Below are positions 18,065-27,877 of a stretch of 64,000 nucleotides of DNA, piece after piece; the first letter of the stretch is position 1, and each line of letters opens with the position of its first letter. This stretch comes from an uncultured Erysipelotrichaceae bacterium (GTDB lineage: Bacteria > Bacillota_I > Bacilli_A > RF39 > UBA660). The DNA is taken from the NCBI GenBank assembly GCA_902767245.1, contig CACXGO010000018.1:27708-91707 (forward strand), given 5' to 3'. Under the pieces are notes generated by a model. The model saw only the letters and a list, made by a program, of their open reading frames with translations. It made no database searches and was not told where the DNA came from. Position numbers and translations under genes: made by a program.

Positions 18065-19772
18065 ACTTAATAATAAAGGACTATCGGTTGTCGAATTAAT
18101 TGTTTCATTTGTACTTTGCATTTTAGTATTTATATTTGTAATTCAAGTTGTATCTGCTATTGAAGAACTTTATGTAAATTTGGGAATAAAGACAGAATTA
18201 TTAAATAAACAATCATTGATAAGTCAAAAATTAAATGAAAAATTCACAAATAAAAAAACAATTTTGATTAAAAATTGTGGAAATAATTGTCTTACTTTTT
18301 TTTATAAAGATAATACATCAGAAAAAATTAAAATAGATAAAAATGCTAATTCATTTATTATTGGAGATGACATTTATAATTTTAATGGTTTAGGTTTTGT
18401 TGATTCTTTAATAGTCACAACCAATAAAACACAAAATTATAATTATGAAATTTTAACGATAAATCTAAATGTAAAAAATACTATTTTCGATAGCGGAAAA
18501 TATATAATAAAATCACTATATCAATACAATAGCAATGAAGTAGTATATAGCGCATCAACAAGTAATAATGCAGAAATTTTCTTGTTAGGGCCTTCAACAA
18601 CTTATAAATTTGCTAATGATGTATTTATTGAACCAGGATGGATTGTTTATTATCCAAGTGGCAAAATAACAATAAATGGTACTGATGTTCAACCTTCAAA
18701 GATAAATTATGACGAAGATGGTAATGGTAGTATTACTTATCGAGGAATTGGTGAAGCTGCTGGTTCTGAAAAGGTAAGAGTTATTAGAAAAAATGAAACT
18801 GCTAAAGACCATATTGTAAGTTTATATAATGATCAAAAAGATGGCGTTTATTTATATGAGCAGTTTGGAAAATATATATACAAAGGTGCGAATGTAAAGA
18901 ACTATATATCAATTGGTAATAAGATGTTTAGGATAATATCTTTAGATATTCAATCACACTATAAATTGGATGAAGATGGGAATGTTATCACAATTGATGG
19001 TGAAAAACAAAAAGAAAATAAATATTTATTAAAAGTAGTAAGTACAGACTATGTTACTGATGAAAATAATAATAATTTGATTGCGTTTGATGATCAAACT
19101 TCAAATATTAATCAATCGCTTTGGATGGAAAAAGTATGCATTACCGAAACAAACTGTGAAATAAAGAAACAAACAATTAATAGGATTGTAAATGACATTT
19201 ATTTACAAGGATTGCTAAATACAGGTACAGGTAAAATGGCAATTAAAAATGGAATTTTTAATGTTGGCCTTGTAGACTTTAATATATATAAATTTGCAGC
19301 AACTAACATCGAAAACAATGTAGACTATACATACTCTGCTCAAACTATTTATGAATTAGAAGGAGCGGATGTGACTACAGAAACTGGTGTAATTTATCCT
19401 GGTAAATGGCATGGAAATTGCTTGGAAGATGTTTGTGGTCCAAATGCTGGCATATTAACTTTAACTGATGTTTTATTTACTAGTAATAATTCAAGATGCT
19501 TAGATGAATTACTTGTAAATAAAAGTGGTGCCAGCTGTTCAAAGGATAATTGGTTATGGTATCAAAATCCAAATAGTGAGGAAGTTTATCGCTTAATGAC
19601 TAGACTTGCACCTTTAGCTACATGGTTGCTTACAGAATACAATTTTCTTAGTTCGAATAAGATTTATGTACCATATAAAACAAGAGCCACATTATTTTTA
19701 GATGCGAATTTATATATTGCTGGTGATGGTTCATATGATAATCCATATACTTTATATTCTATAAATGTATAA
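18057..19772 (+). CDS. Large prepilin-type protein, 571 aa (candidate tip/minor pilin)
   Basis: ATG 18057 overlaps the upstream stop (AATGGTTAAA). N-terminus MVKLNNKG/LSVVELIVSFVLCILVFIFVI has Gly -1 and Glu +5. The rest is a long beta-rich, Cys-containing domain. Confidence 0.65.
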   Translation: MVKLNNKGLSVVELIVSFVLCILVFIFVIQVVSAIEELYVNLGIKTELLNKQSLISQKLNEKFTNKKTILIKNCGNNCLTFFYKDNTSEKIKIDKNANSFIIGDDIYNFNGLGFVDSLIVTTNKTQNYNYEILTINLNVKNTIFDSGKYIIKSLYQYNSNEVVYSASTSNNAEIFLLGPSTTYKFANDVFIEPGWIVYYPSGKITINGTDVQPSKINYDEDGNGSITYRGIGEAAGSEKVRVIRKNETAKDHIVSLYNDQKDGVYLYEQFGKYIYKGANVKNYISIGNKMFRIISLDIQSHYKLDEDGNVITIDGEKQKENKYLLKVVSTDYVTDENNNNLIAFDDQTSNINQSLWMEKVCITETNCEIKKQTINRIVNDIYLQGLLNTGTGKMAIKNGIFNVGLVDFNIYKFAATNIENNVDYTYSAQTIYELEGADVTTETGVIYPGKWHGNCLEDVCGPNAGILTLTDVLFTSNNSRCLDELLVNKSGASCSKDNWLWYQNPNSEEVYRLMTRLAPLATWLLTEYNFLSSNKIYVPYKTRATLFLDANLYIAGDGSYDNPYTLYSINV

Positions 19773-20678
19773 TAATATTAAAAGAAAAATAGGCGAAATG
19801 ATTGCTTGGAGGACTCTTCCTAATAAGAAGTTTTTGTATTTAACTTTAGTGTCACTTAAGATACTATATACTTGACTATGAATGCAAAACCCTCCAAATG
19901 ATAAAGCCGTTGTTATTGTTAAAGCTTTAAATTTAATATTAATATTCAAATTGTTTAAACTAAATAAACCACTAGTTAATTCAATTAATAAACTTATAAT
20001 AGTTTTTAAAACTTGACTAAAATTAAAATAATAAAAAGTAATTTTAAGTAATATTTGAAAAACAATTAAGTTTCCAAGTATTATTAAAAGTGAATTGAAA
20101 CTATCAATAATACTTTTGGATAATATTTTACCAAAAGTGTTTGGTTTTAAAGAAATGTTAGTAGATTCTATATTAGTATTGGCTTTTATAAAAAAGGCAA
20201 TGACAAAATTGCTTAAAAAGTGACTTAAAAGTATTAAAAAACCAAGAAACTTATTTTTTAATATAGTTAACCCAATAATATTTATGATAAAAAGTGGATT
20301 TGAAAAATGAGTAAACATTATTAATCTGTTTGCTTCTTCAATTGAAATTAAATTTTCTTTTAAAAGATTAGATATATATTTGGCACCACTAGGAAAACCA
20401 GTAAGCATACTAAAAATAAGAATAAAAATGGCGCTACTTTTAAGTCCAAACATTTTATAAAATGGCTTTTCTAAAGAAAATTCAATTATTTTAATAAAAT
20501 CATAATTTACTAGCAGATCAACCACAATATAAAATGGAAAAATTGTTGGTAATAAATTATATAACCAAATTTTACAAGAATTTATAACAATAATTGGAAT
20601 ATCTTCAACTATAAATAAATTTATAAAAACAAATAAAAAGAGTAATATAAAAAAACAATTAGATTTTTTCATAGACAC
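19752..20678 (-). CDS. Polytopic membrane protein, YlbJ-like (nucleoside-recognition/Gate-domain sporulation membrane protein family)
   Basis: 8+ TMs. ALSFGGFCIHSQVYSIL resembles the YlbJ motif. It neighbours a YlbL-like gene, as in Bacillus ylbJ-ylbL. Confidence 0.5.
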   Translation of the reverse strand: MSMKKSNCFFILLFLFVFINLFIVEDIPIIVINSCKIWLYNLLPTIFPFYIVVDLLVNYDFIKIIEFSLEKPFYKMFGLKSSAIFILIFSMLTGFPSGAKYISNLLKENLISIEEANRLIMFTHFSNPLFIINIIGLTILKNKFLGFLILLSHFLSNFVIAFFIKANTNIESTNISLKPNTFGKILSKSIIDSFNSLLIILGNLIVFQILLKITFYYFNFSQVLKTIISLLIELTSGLFSLNNLNINIKFKALTITTALSFGGFCIHSQVYSILSDTKVKYKNFLLGRVLQAIISPIFLLILLYIYRI

Positions 20679-20695
20679 CTCAGAAAGGAACTTTT

Positions 20696-21691
20696 ATGTT
20701 TAATAAAATATATGTTTTTATTAAAGAAAATAGAAAAGAAATCTTGTTTTTTCTGTTTTTGATAGTAGTTTTTAATATTAGATTTCCTTATTTTATTGAT
20801 TCTCCAGGAGGGACACTTTCTTTAAAAAAACGTTTTCAAATTGAAAATAGCAATTCTATTAATGGAGATATTTCACTTGTTTATGTAGCTGAACGCCCTG
20901 CGACAATTCCTACTTTAGTTTTTTCGCTTTTTATGAAAGATTGGGATATTATTAAAAAAGAAGAAGTTGTTGCTTCAAATGAAAGTGATTATGATGCCAA
21001 CGAAAGAGGAAGAATATCTTTAAATCAAAGTATTAATAATGCTATAGTATATGCATTTAAAAAAGCAAATCAAAAAATTGAGATTTTAGAGTCAAAAATA
21101 TATGTGACATATATTTTAAGTGATGCCCAAACTGATTTAAAAATTGGTGATCAAATATTATCGGTTGATGATAAAAATATTAATAGTAAAAACGATATTG
21201 CTGAAATAATCAATTTATATCAAGCAAATGACAAAATTAAAATTAAAATTCTTAGAAATAATAAAGAAATTGAGAGATATGCATATATCAAAAACTATGA
21301 TGGCAATCTTAAAATAGGAATTATCACTGAAACAATATATGATTACAAAACTGATCTTAAGATTAACTATGATAAAAACAGTTCAGAATTAGGTTCATCA
21401 GGTGGATTTATAAATACACTATATTTTTATGCTTCTTTAGTTTCTGAAGATATAATTAAAGGTCGAAATATTGTTGGAACAGGAACTATTGATGAAAACG
21501 GAAATATTGGAGCAATTGGCGGATTAAAATATAAAATGATTTCTGCAACTAAATATAATGCTGATATTTTCTTTGTTCCAAGTGATAATTGTGAAGAAGC
21601 AAAATCAATAAAAAAAGAGAAAAAATTAAATTTAAAAATTGCTTGTGTTGCAAATTTTGATGAAGCTTTAAAGTATTTAAGTAGTAATTAG
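20696..21691 (+). CDS. YlbL/SepM-type membrane-anchored PDZ plus Lon-like (S16) serine protease
   Basis: N-terminal TM, PDZ (IGDQILSVDDKNINSKNDIAEII), and a Lon C-terminal domain with Ser context LGSSGGF and Lys context GGLKYKMISATKYNADIFFVP. Confidence 0.7.
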   Translation: MFNKIYVFIKENRKEILFFLFLIVVFNIRFPYFIDSPGGTLSLKKRFQIENSNSINGDISLVYVAERPATIPTLVFSLFMKDWDIIKKEEVVASNESDYDANERGRISLNQSINNAIVYAFKKANQKIEILESKIYVTYILSDAQTDLKIGDQILSVDDKNINSKNDIAEIINLYQANDKIKIKILRNNKEIERYAYIKNYDGNLKIGIITETIYDYKTDLKINYDKNSSELGSSGGFINTLYFYASLVSEDIIKGRNIVGTGTIDENGNIGAIGGLKYKMISATKYNADIFFVPSDNCEEAKSIKKEKKLNLKIACVANFDEALKYLSSN

Positions 21692-21707
21692 TATAAAGGA
21701 GAATAGT

Positions 21708-23231
21708 ATGGATTTAGAACAAATAAAAGAGTTTTTAAAAAAATACATTGTTTATATTTTAATTGGTTTAATACTAATTTTTGTAATACTTTTAATAATT
21801 CCAAGTAAAACTAACAATAGTTCTAAAGTACAAAAATTATATTTTTCTTTATATGGTGATGAAAAAATAACACTCGAAAAAGGTGAAACTTATAAAGAGC
21901 CAGGTTATAATGCATATGATACTGTTCAAGGGAATTTAAATAATAAAGTAATTATAACTGGCCAAGTTGATTCAAATACTGTTGGAGTTTATGAAATAAT
22001 ATATATGGTTACAAATGAAAAAGGTGAAACAAAGACTTTAAAAAGAATAGTAACAGTAGTTGATAAAAAAAATGAAGAAATAATTATAAATGCTACTATT
22101 TCACCAAGTGAGATAACTAACAAAGATGTTACTATTAATTTTTCGGTGACAAGTGGAAGCTATAAATTTATATTAGATCCAGATGGTAATATTAACTATT
22201 CAAACAATGTAAAATATATTGCCAAAGAAAATGGTGAATATGATTTTAGTGTAAAAAATCAAGATGGAACAATAGTTGAAAAAACTATTAAGATATCAAA
22301 TATTGATAAAATAAAACCAACTGGTACTTGTCAAGCTAATATAAAAAATACAAAAACAAATATAACAGTTCAGGCAAGTGATAATTTTGAAATAAAAAAA
22401 TATGAGTTTATACTTGATAATAATAAATATGAATCAAAATTAAATTCATATGAAATTTCAAAAGAAATAAAGAGTGCTAATGTAATTATTTATGATAAAG
22501 CTTCCAATAGTACAAATATCACTTGCAAAATAATTGATAACAGATCATCATCACCATCACCAACACCAACAATTCCAACAACTCCAATTAGTGGGTCTTA
22601 TTATAATGCCGATTTAAAGGCACATGGTCTTAAATATATTATTTATTATCCAGGTAATTTAAATCTTCAAGTTAAGAATCCATTAGTTGTTTATTTACAT
22701 GGAACAGGTGAGTGTAATAATGATATTAGTACTTTAGAAAATGTAACTTTTGTAAAAAACATGAAATCTAAATATTATACCGATGCTGTTTATTTAGCTC
22801 CACAATGTGTATGTAGCGGATACTGGGATTATTGCCTTGATAATTTAAAATCATTAATAGATAAAGTGGTAGTTGATTATAATATAGATACCAAAAGAAT
22901 ATCAATTACTGGAGCTAGTGCAGGTGGTATAGGTGTATATAGTATTATTTCTAAATATCCAAGATTTTTCTCCGCTGCTGTAGTTGTTGCTGGTCGTAAT
23001 AAAGACGGCATTATAAGCAATCTTATATATACTCCGATTCGACATTATCACGGAACACTTGATACTGCTGTATCTTATACAAATGCAAAAGAAAATGTTG
23101 AAGCAATAAAAAGAGCAGGTGGTAACATAGAATTTATATCATTACAAGGTAGGGGACATGATATAAGTGTAACAAATGACGTTTATAACCATACTAATGC
23201 TATTAGTTGGATGATATCTCAAAAGAGATAA
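21708..23231 (+). CDS. Membrane-anchored surface protein: Ig-like (DUF5011-type) domains, P/S/T linker and a C-terminal alpha/beta-hydrolase (esterase)
   Basis: N-terminal TM. The DUF5011-like segment is GYNAYDTVQGNLNNKVIITGQVDSNTVGVYEIIYMVTNEKGE and the linker is SSSPSPTPTIPTTP. The hydrolase has VVYLHGTGE, nucleophile elbow GASAGG and GRGHD. Confidence 0.65.
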   Translation: MDLEQIKEFLKKYIVYILIGLILIFVILLIIPSKTNNSSKVQKLYFSLYGDEKITLEKGETYKEPGYNAYDTVQGNLNNKVIITGQVDSNTVGVYEIIYMVTNEKGETKTLKRIVTVVDKKNEEIIINATISPSEITNKDVTINFSVTSGSYKFILDPDGNINYSNNVKYIAKENGEYDFSVKNQDGTIVEKTIKISNIDKIKPTGTCQANIKNTKTNITVQASDNFEIKKYEFILDNNKYESKLNSYEISKEIKSANVIIYDKASNSTNITCKIIDNRSSSPSPTPTIPTTPISGSYYNADLKAHGLKYIIYYPGNLNLQVKNPLVVYLHGTGECNNDISTLENVTFVKNMKSKYYTDAVYLAPQCVCSGYWDYCLDNLKSLIDKVVVDYNIDTKRISITGASAGGIGVYSIISKYPRFFSAAVVVAGRNKDGIISNLIYTPIRHYHGTLDTAVSYTNAKENVEAIKRAGGNIEFISLQGRGHDISVTNDVYNHTNAISWMISQKR

Positions 23232-23233
23232 AA

Positions 23234-23258
23234 AAGAAAATGTAAATTTTCTTTTTTT
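23234..23258 (+). terminator. Rho-independent terminator after the esterase gene
   Basis: AAGAAAAT-GTAA-ATTTTCTT followed by TTTTT. Confidence 0.65.
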
Positions 23259-23327
23259 GTTTATATAAATATTTCTTTTTTGATTACTTTATGATAATAT
23301 ATATTTAGAAAATAAGGTGAGTGGCTT

Positions 23328-25262
23328 ATGCGTAAAAATGGCTTTACTTTAGTAGAAATGTTAACGGTTATAATAATATTAGTCATAATAAGTTTGCTTG
23401 CTATTTTTTCAATAACTGCGACTGTTAAAAGCTCAGCGGAAAAATTATATAAAGTTCAGATAGATAGCATTATTGATGCAAGTAGAACATATGCCATAAA
23501 AAATAATTCTATTTTGGCTGACAGTACTGAGATAACAATATGTGATTTAAAAAGATCAAGTTTACTTGATAATGATCTTAAAAATCCTAAAACTGAAGAA
23601 CCATTTGATAATGATTTAATAATAAAAATTATTCGTGATAGAGATGGTGAATTTAAGTTTCAATTTGATGGCATTAAAAAAATGGAAAATTATAATTGCG
23701 ATTTAGATGTTTCTGTTAGTTTAAAAGGGAATTCCCCATTATATGTAAGCCTTGGTTCAATATATGTAGAGCAAGGTATAAATGTAAAAAGAAAAGATTT
23801 AAATTGTACTTATGGTCATGGAACTGCAAGTAATACAGCCTGTTATTATGATTATGTTAAAAGTGGTTCATATAGTTCTGCTTTAAATGGAAATAAATAT
23901 AATAAAGTTGGCACATTTGAAGAAAGTTATAATGTTACTAGTGATTCATTTACGACCTCTATTACAAGAACAATAATAGTTCAAGATAAATCTGCACCTG
24001 CTATTTCAGTTAATTACAAAGGAACCGTTTACAATAATCCTTTTACTGCGAGAATTATAGAGTCTGATTCACCAGCAACTTTTTCTTGCATTGCAGTGGA
24101 TGATTATGATGGTAATGTTGCTTGTAACATTTTGAAAAATGATTATAATAACACTAAAAATCCAGGAACATATGAAATCATTTATAAAGCAAGTGATAAA
24201 AACAATAATGTGGCAACTTTTACAGTTAATGTAACAGTTTTACCAAAAAACAAAAATTTAATTGTTGGATTAAATGTAGACAATGTAAATTGGACAAATC
24301 AGAGCGTTAATTTTAAAATTTATCCATTATACGATAAAAATGGTTGTTCAAAATATAATTATGATTTTGGAAATGGAATTTGGGTTGAAAATGATACCAG
24401 TGAAATATTGAGAAATGGGACTTATAATGTCGGTATTAAATGTGAAAATGGTAATGTTGAAGACTACTTAACATATAGAGTTACTAACATAGATAAAGAT
24501 CCGCCAGTTTTTTCGCAAAGCGAAATAGGAATTAATGTTCAACCAAAAGTGTCTGGTAAAAAAGTTATTATAAATACAACAAATAACATAAAGTATTACA
24601 TTGCAAATGACACAGTTGTCTTATCAGATTCAACTGGAGCCTATGATAGTGGAACGGGTGTTGCTGGTTATAATATTTATATCAATGATGAGATTAATTC
24701 TATAAATGAAATTAGTGCTGAAGGAGTATATGAAATAAAAATTAATGCTTATGATTATGCTTCGAATCAAAGTGATCCTATACTCGCAGGATATGTTGTA
24801 ATAACAAAAAGTATACCAACATGTACATTTTCAAATAGTACAACCAATGCAATATTTAATAATAATGGTGATGTTACATACAATAACGGAATTTATAAGT
24901 TGACTAATAATAATTATCCAATAACAATTTCTTACAGATTTTCGTGCTCTTATGAATACTTCGAAAATGCTGATGTTTTAACAAGACCAAAGCTAAAAAA
25001 ACTTGCAAATTTTTATTTAAGAGAGCAATCGGGTATAAATGGGCAGTATAATCTTGTTGAGTTAGGATCATGGGTATTAGAAGGTGCTCCTGTTTGTGAA
25101 AATAGTAAATGTGTTAAAACTTATAATAATATGATAACACTTAGAATTAATGGTTTAGATGATATAGCATATTTAAATTTAGAAAAAAATTCATTTTGTG
25201 ATGATTTAGATAACTGTAATAATCGTAAAGTTCAATCGCAGGCGCTTGCAAAAGCAAATTAA
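23328..25262 (+). CDS. Modular type IV pilin, 644 aa: a canonical pilin module plus a ~530-aa Ig-like extension
   Basis: The prepilin signal MRKNG/FTLVEMLTVIIILVIISLLA is textbook. Residues ~1-115 look like a complete ComGC/PilE-size pilin (ITICDLKRSSLLDNDLKNPKTEEPF). This is followed by a DUF5011-like segment (AVDDYDGNVACNILKNDYNNTKNPGTYEIIYKASDKNNN) and further beta-rich, Cys-containing domains. Confidence 0.8.
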   Translation: MRKNGFTLVEMLTVIIILVIISLLAIFSITATVKSSAEKLYKVQIDSIIDASRTYAIKNNSILADSTEITICDLKRSSLLDNDLKNPKTEEPFDNDLIIKIIRDRDGEFKFQFDGIKKMENYNCDLDVSVSLKGNSPLYVSLGSIYVEQGINVKRKDLNCTYGHGTASNTACYYDYVKSGSYSSALNGNKYNKVGTFEESYNVTSDSFTTSITRTIIVQDKSAPAISVNYKGTVYNNPFTARIIESDSPATFSCIAVDDYDGNVACNILKNDYNNTKNPGTYEIIYKASDKNNNVATFTVNVTVLPKNKNLIVGLNVDNVNWTNQSVNFKIYPLYDKNGCSKYNYDFGNGIWVENDTSEILRNGTYNVGIKCENGNVEDYLTYRVTNIDKDPPVFSQSEIGINVQPKVSGKKVIINTTNNIKYYIANDTVVLSDSTGAYDSGTGVAGYNIYINDEINSINEISAEGVYEIKINAYDYASNQSDPILAGYVVITKSIPTCTFSNSTTNAIFNNNGDVTYNNGIYKLTNNNYPITISYRFSCSYEYFENADVLTRPKLKKLANFYLREQSGINGQYNLVELGSWVLEGAPVCENSKCVKTYNNMITLRINGLDDIAYLNLEKNSFCDDLDNCNNRKVQSQALAKAN

Positions 25263-25280
25263 TAGAAAGGAATGATATTT

Positions 25281-26744
25281 ATGCGCAAATTTTTGACATT
25301 ATTAGTATTACTAGTGGCGTTTTTACCAAAAATTTCAGCAACTTCATTAACCACTGAAACTAATGCCTTTAATAATCGAATCAGCACGGAAACTATTGAT
25401 TTAAAGGCTGCATTAAATAGTTTTAATAATTATTTAACAAACAATTCAAATAAAATATCTAATGCGTTAGATATCAATTTGATTAAAACTATCGCTACAA
25501 ACTTAAAAAATAATAATTATACTGCAGCTTTTTCAGCTCTAGAAAATGCTGTAAATGATGATAATTTAACCAATTTAAATCTTTCATCAAAAATTAATAA
25601 TTATTTGAATTTAAAATCTGATTTAATTAGTTTTGTAAATACAAACAAAGCAAAATTAGATGTTGAAACAGGAACTGATGAAGGACTTGAATGTTCACTT
25701 TCATTACTTGACCAAATAAAACAATCATTTAATGAAGTAAAGCCAATTTTCTCAACAACAATTGAAAAGCTAGGAAAAACATTTTCAACGGTTATTAAAA
25801 ATCATATTGCAGAAAAGAAAAATATTAATAATAGTGAACTTAATAACATTATAGATGAATATAATGAGTTAGCTTCATTGTTAGCAAATTTGGTAGAAAA
25901 ATATTACAATTCTTTAGATGATTACAAATCAACTTTTAAAGTTATAAGTGGAAGCGAAAAATTATTTGAATCGTTAATTAGAAAGAAATTTAAAACAGAT
26001 TTAGATAATTTGCTTGAAAATGCTGAAGCTACTTTAAAAGCCCCAGTTAATGAGTTTATTAATAAAAGATGGGATATTTTAGAAAATGATGTAACTGAAC
26101 TTATCGAAAGTGATAAAACAATACCAGAAAAAAATGAAAATATATATTCAAAAATAGATAAAGTTGAAGCAGTAAATGAAAAATTCATTAATGCAATCAA
26201 TAATATTATTGGTAAATTAGATATTAATTCAATTAAAGATAAATTAAATAAAGTATTAAATCGAGGCAAAAATGAATTTGCTCATGCAATTGAATATTTG
26301 GAAGCTCACCTTATAATAGGTGAATATGATATTGAATTGGTTGATGGTCATGATGCAAAAGTTACCATTGATCGTGCTAAAGAATTAATTATTTTGGATC
26401 GCTTGTTTGGAATTCAAGAATTTAAGAATCAAATTAGATTAGCAAATAATTTAGGAACATTAAAGTTTAATCTTGGTACTTATACTTATGTTGCTAATAA
26501 ATCAACAGTATCGGTAGAAGATAATAATGAAACGAAAAAAGAATACAAGATAATTGTTAAAGGTGATGTAAATAATAATGGAAATGTTACAATATCCGAC
26601 GCAGTTGAAGCAGCATATTATTCGTTAAATGATCGTGATCTTGATGAGTATCAAGTACTTGCAGCTGATATGAATAATAACAATACTGTAACTATTTCTG
26701 ATGTATATCTAATTGCTTTAAGAGCTTTGGAAGGAGGTAATTAA
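25281..26744 (+). CDS. Secreted helical protein with a C-terminal type-I-like dockerin
   Basis: Signal peptide MRKFLTLLVLLVAFLPKISA and ~400 aa of helix-prone sequence. The C-terminal duplicated Ca-loop/helix pair is GDVNNNGNVTISDAVEAAYY...AADMNNNNTVTISDVYLIALRAL. An alternative start is at 25272. Confidence 0.6.
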   Translation: MRKFLTLLVLLVAFLPKISATSLTTETNAFNNRISTETIDLKAALNSFNNYLTNNSNKISNALDINLIKTIATNLKNNNYTAAFSALENAVNDDNLTNLNLSSKINNYLNLKSDLISFVNTNKAKLDVETGTDEGLECSLSLLDQIKQSFNEVKPIFSTTIEKLGKTFSTVIKNHIAEKKNINNSELNNIIDEYNELASLLANLVEKYYNSLDDYKSTFKVISGSEKLFESLIRKKFKTDLDNLLENAEATLKAPVNEFINKRWDILENDVTELIESDKTIPEKNENIYSKIDKVEAVNEKFINAINNIIGKLDINSIKDKLNKVLNRGKNEFAHAIEYLEAHLIIGEYDIELVDGHDAKVTIDRAKELIILDRLFGIQEFKNQIRLANNLGTLKFNLGTYTYVANKSTVSVEDNNETKKEYKIIVKGDVNNNGNVTISDAVEAAYYSLNDRDLDEYQVLAADMNNNNTVTISDVYLIALRALEGGN

Positions 26745-26745
26745 A

Positions 26746-27873
26746 ATGAAGAAATTTCTTTTACTATTTGTAAGTTTGTTTATGCCATTTTTGGTTAATG
26801 CGGCCAGTGTTAGTATGACTGGAACCACTACTATTTCGCCAGGTGAAACAGTTGCACTTCCAATTATTGTATCTGATAGTAATGAAATACATGGTGTACA
26901 AATGGTTATGACATTAAGTGGATCAGATTTTGACTTATTAATTGATAAAACTGTTTCATCTTATCAAATTCTTGTAAAGAAGAAATTAAGTAATGGATAT
27001 GGTTTATCTATAATTAGTACAAGTAAAAAAATTGCAAATAAAGGAACACTTGCTAAAATATATATTAAAGCTAATTCATCAGCAACACCTGGGAACAAAG
27101 CAACTTTAACTTTAAAGGATATAATTTTTGCAACAGGAGCTGAACTTAATGATACAAAAGCAAGTAATTATTCAAAAACGCTTACAGTAGGTGCAGTAAA
27201 ATCAACAAACAATTATTTAAGTTCATTAAAAGTTGAAGGATATAATATCTCATTCAATAAAAACACAACTGCTTATACAATAAATGGTGCAACAAGCGGA
27301 AGTGCTCTTAAGGTAACAGCAAATGCTGAAGATGAAAAAGCAAATGTTAAAATTAATTCACCAAAATTAGTTTCTGGAAAAAACACAATTACAGTAGTTG
27401 TTACCGCTGAATCTGGAGCTAAAAGAACATACACAATTACTGTAAATGTCCCAACCGAAACAGTTGATAAGAGTGCAATAGATTTAAAAACATTAGAAGT
27501 TAAAGGCTATGATATTAAATTTGATCCTCAAAATACAGATTATGTCTTAAATGTAAACAATGATGTTGAGAAAGTAGAAATTAATTCCACATTAAAAGAT
27601 GAAACATCATCTAAAACCATGAATGGACCAGATAAATTGCAAGTTGGTGAGAACTTGTATACAATAACTGTAACTGATAAGTCTGGGAATAAAAAGGTTT
27701 ATAAGTTGACAATTAACCGCTTGGCAAAAGAAAAAGAATGTGAAGTATGTAAAGTATGTGACGAGTGCGAAAGCGGAAGTTCAATTTGGAAATTTTTAGC
27801 AATAGCCCTTGTAATTGTTACGTTAGCTGAAACAATTTATATGGTATCAATGCGTGACAAAAAGCAATTTTAA
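26746..27873 (+). CDS. Membrane-anchored cohesin protein: cohesin-like domain, two cadherin-like beta-sandwich domains, a Cys cluster and a C-terminal TM
   Basis: Signal peptide. Cohesin-like pattern SVSMTGTTTISPGETVALPIIVSDSNEIHGVQMVMTL...GTLAKIYIKANSSATPGNKATLTLKDIIFA. There are two copies of the LSSLKVEGYNISFNKNTTAYTI...GKNTITVVVTAESGAKRTYTITV type. Then ECEVCKVCDECESG, then the TM FLAIALVIVTLAETIYMV and tail RDKKQF. Confidence 0.6.
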   Translation: MKKFLLLFVSLFMPFLVNAASVSMTGTTTISPGETVALPIIVSDSNEIHGVQMVMTLSGSDFDLLIDKTVSSYQILVKKKLSNGYGLSIISTSKKIANKGTLAKIYIKANSSATPGNKATLTLKDIIFATGAELNDTKASNYSKTLTVGAVKSTNNYLSSLKVEGYNISFNKNTTAYTINGATSGSALKVTANAEDEKANVKINSPKLVSGKNTITVVVTAESGAKRTYTITVNVPTETVDKSAIDLKTLEVKGYDIKFDPQNTDYVLNVNNDVEKVEINSTLKDETSSKTMNGPDKLQVGENLYTITVTDKSGNKKVYKLTINRLAKEKECEVCKVCDECESGSSIWKFLAIALVIVTLAETIYMVSMRDKKQF

Positions 27874-27877
27874 TTAA

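Noticed and set aside
25281-27873. Cellulosome interpretation of the cohesin and dockerin genes
   Set aside because: There is only one cohesin and one dockerin, and the dockerin protein has no recognisable glycoside-hydrolase or CBM domain. The only glycosidase in the window (GH73, 38022-41402) has no dockerin.
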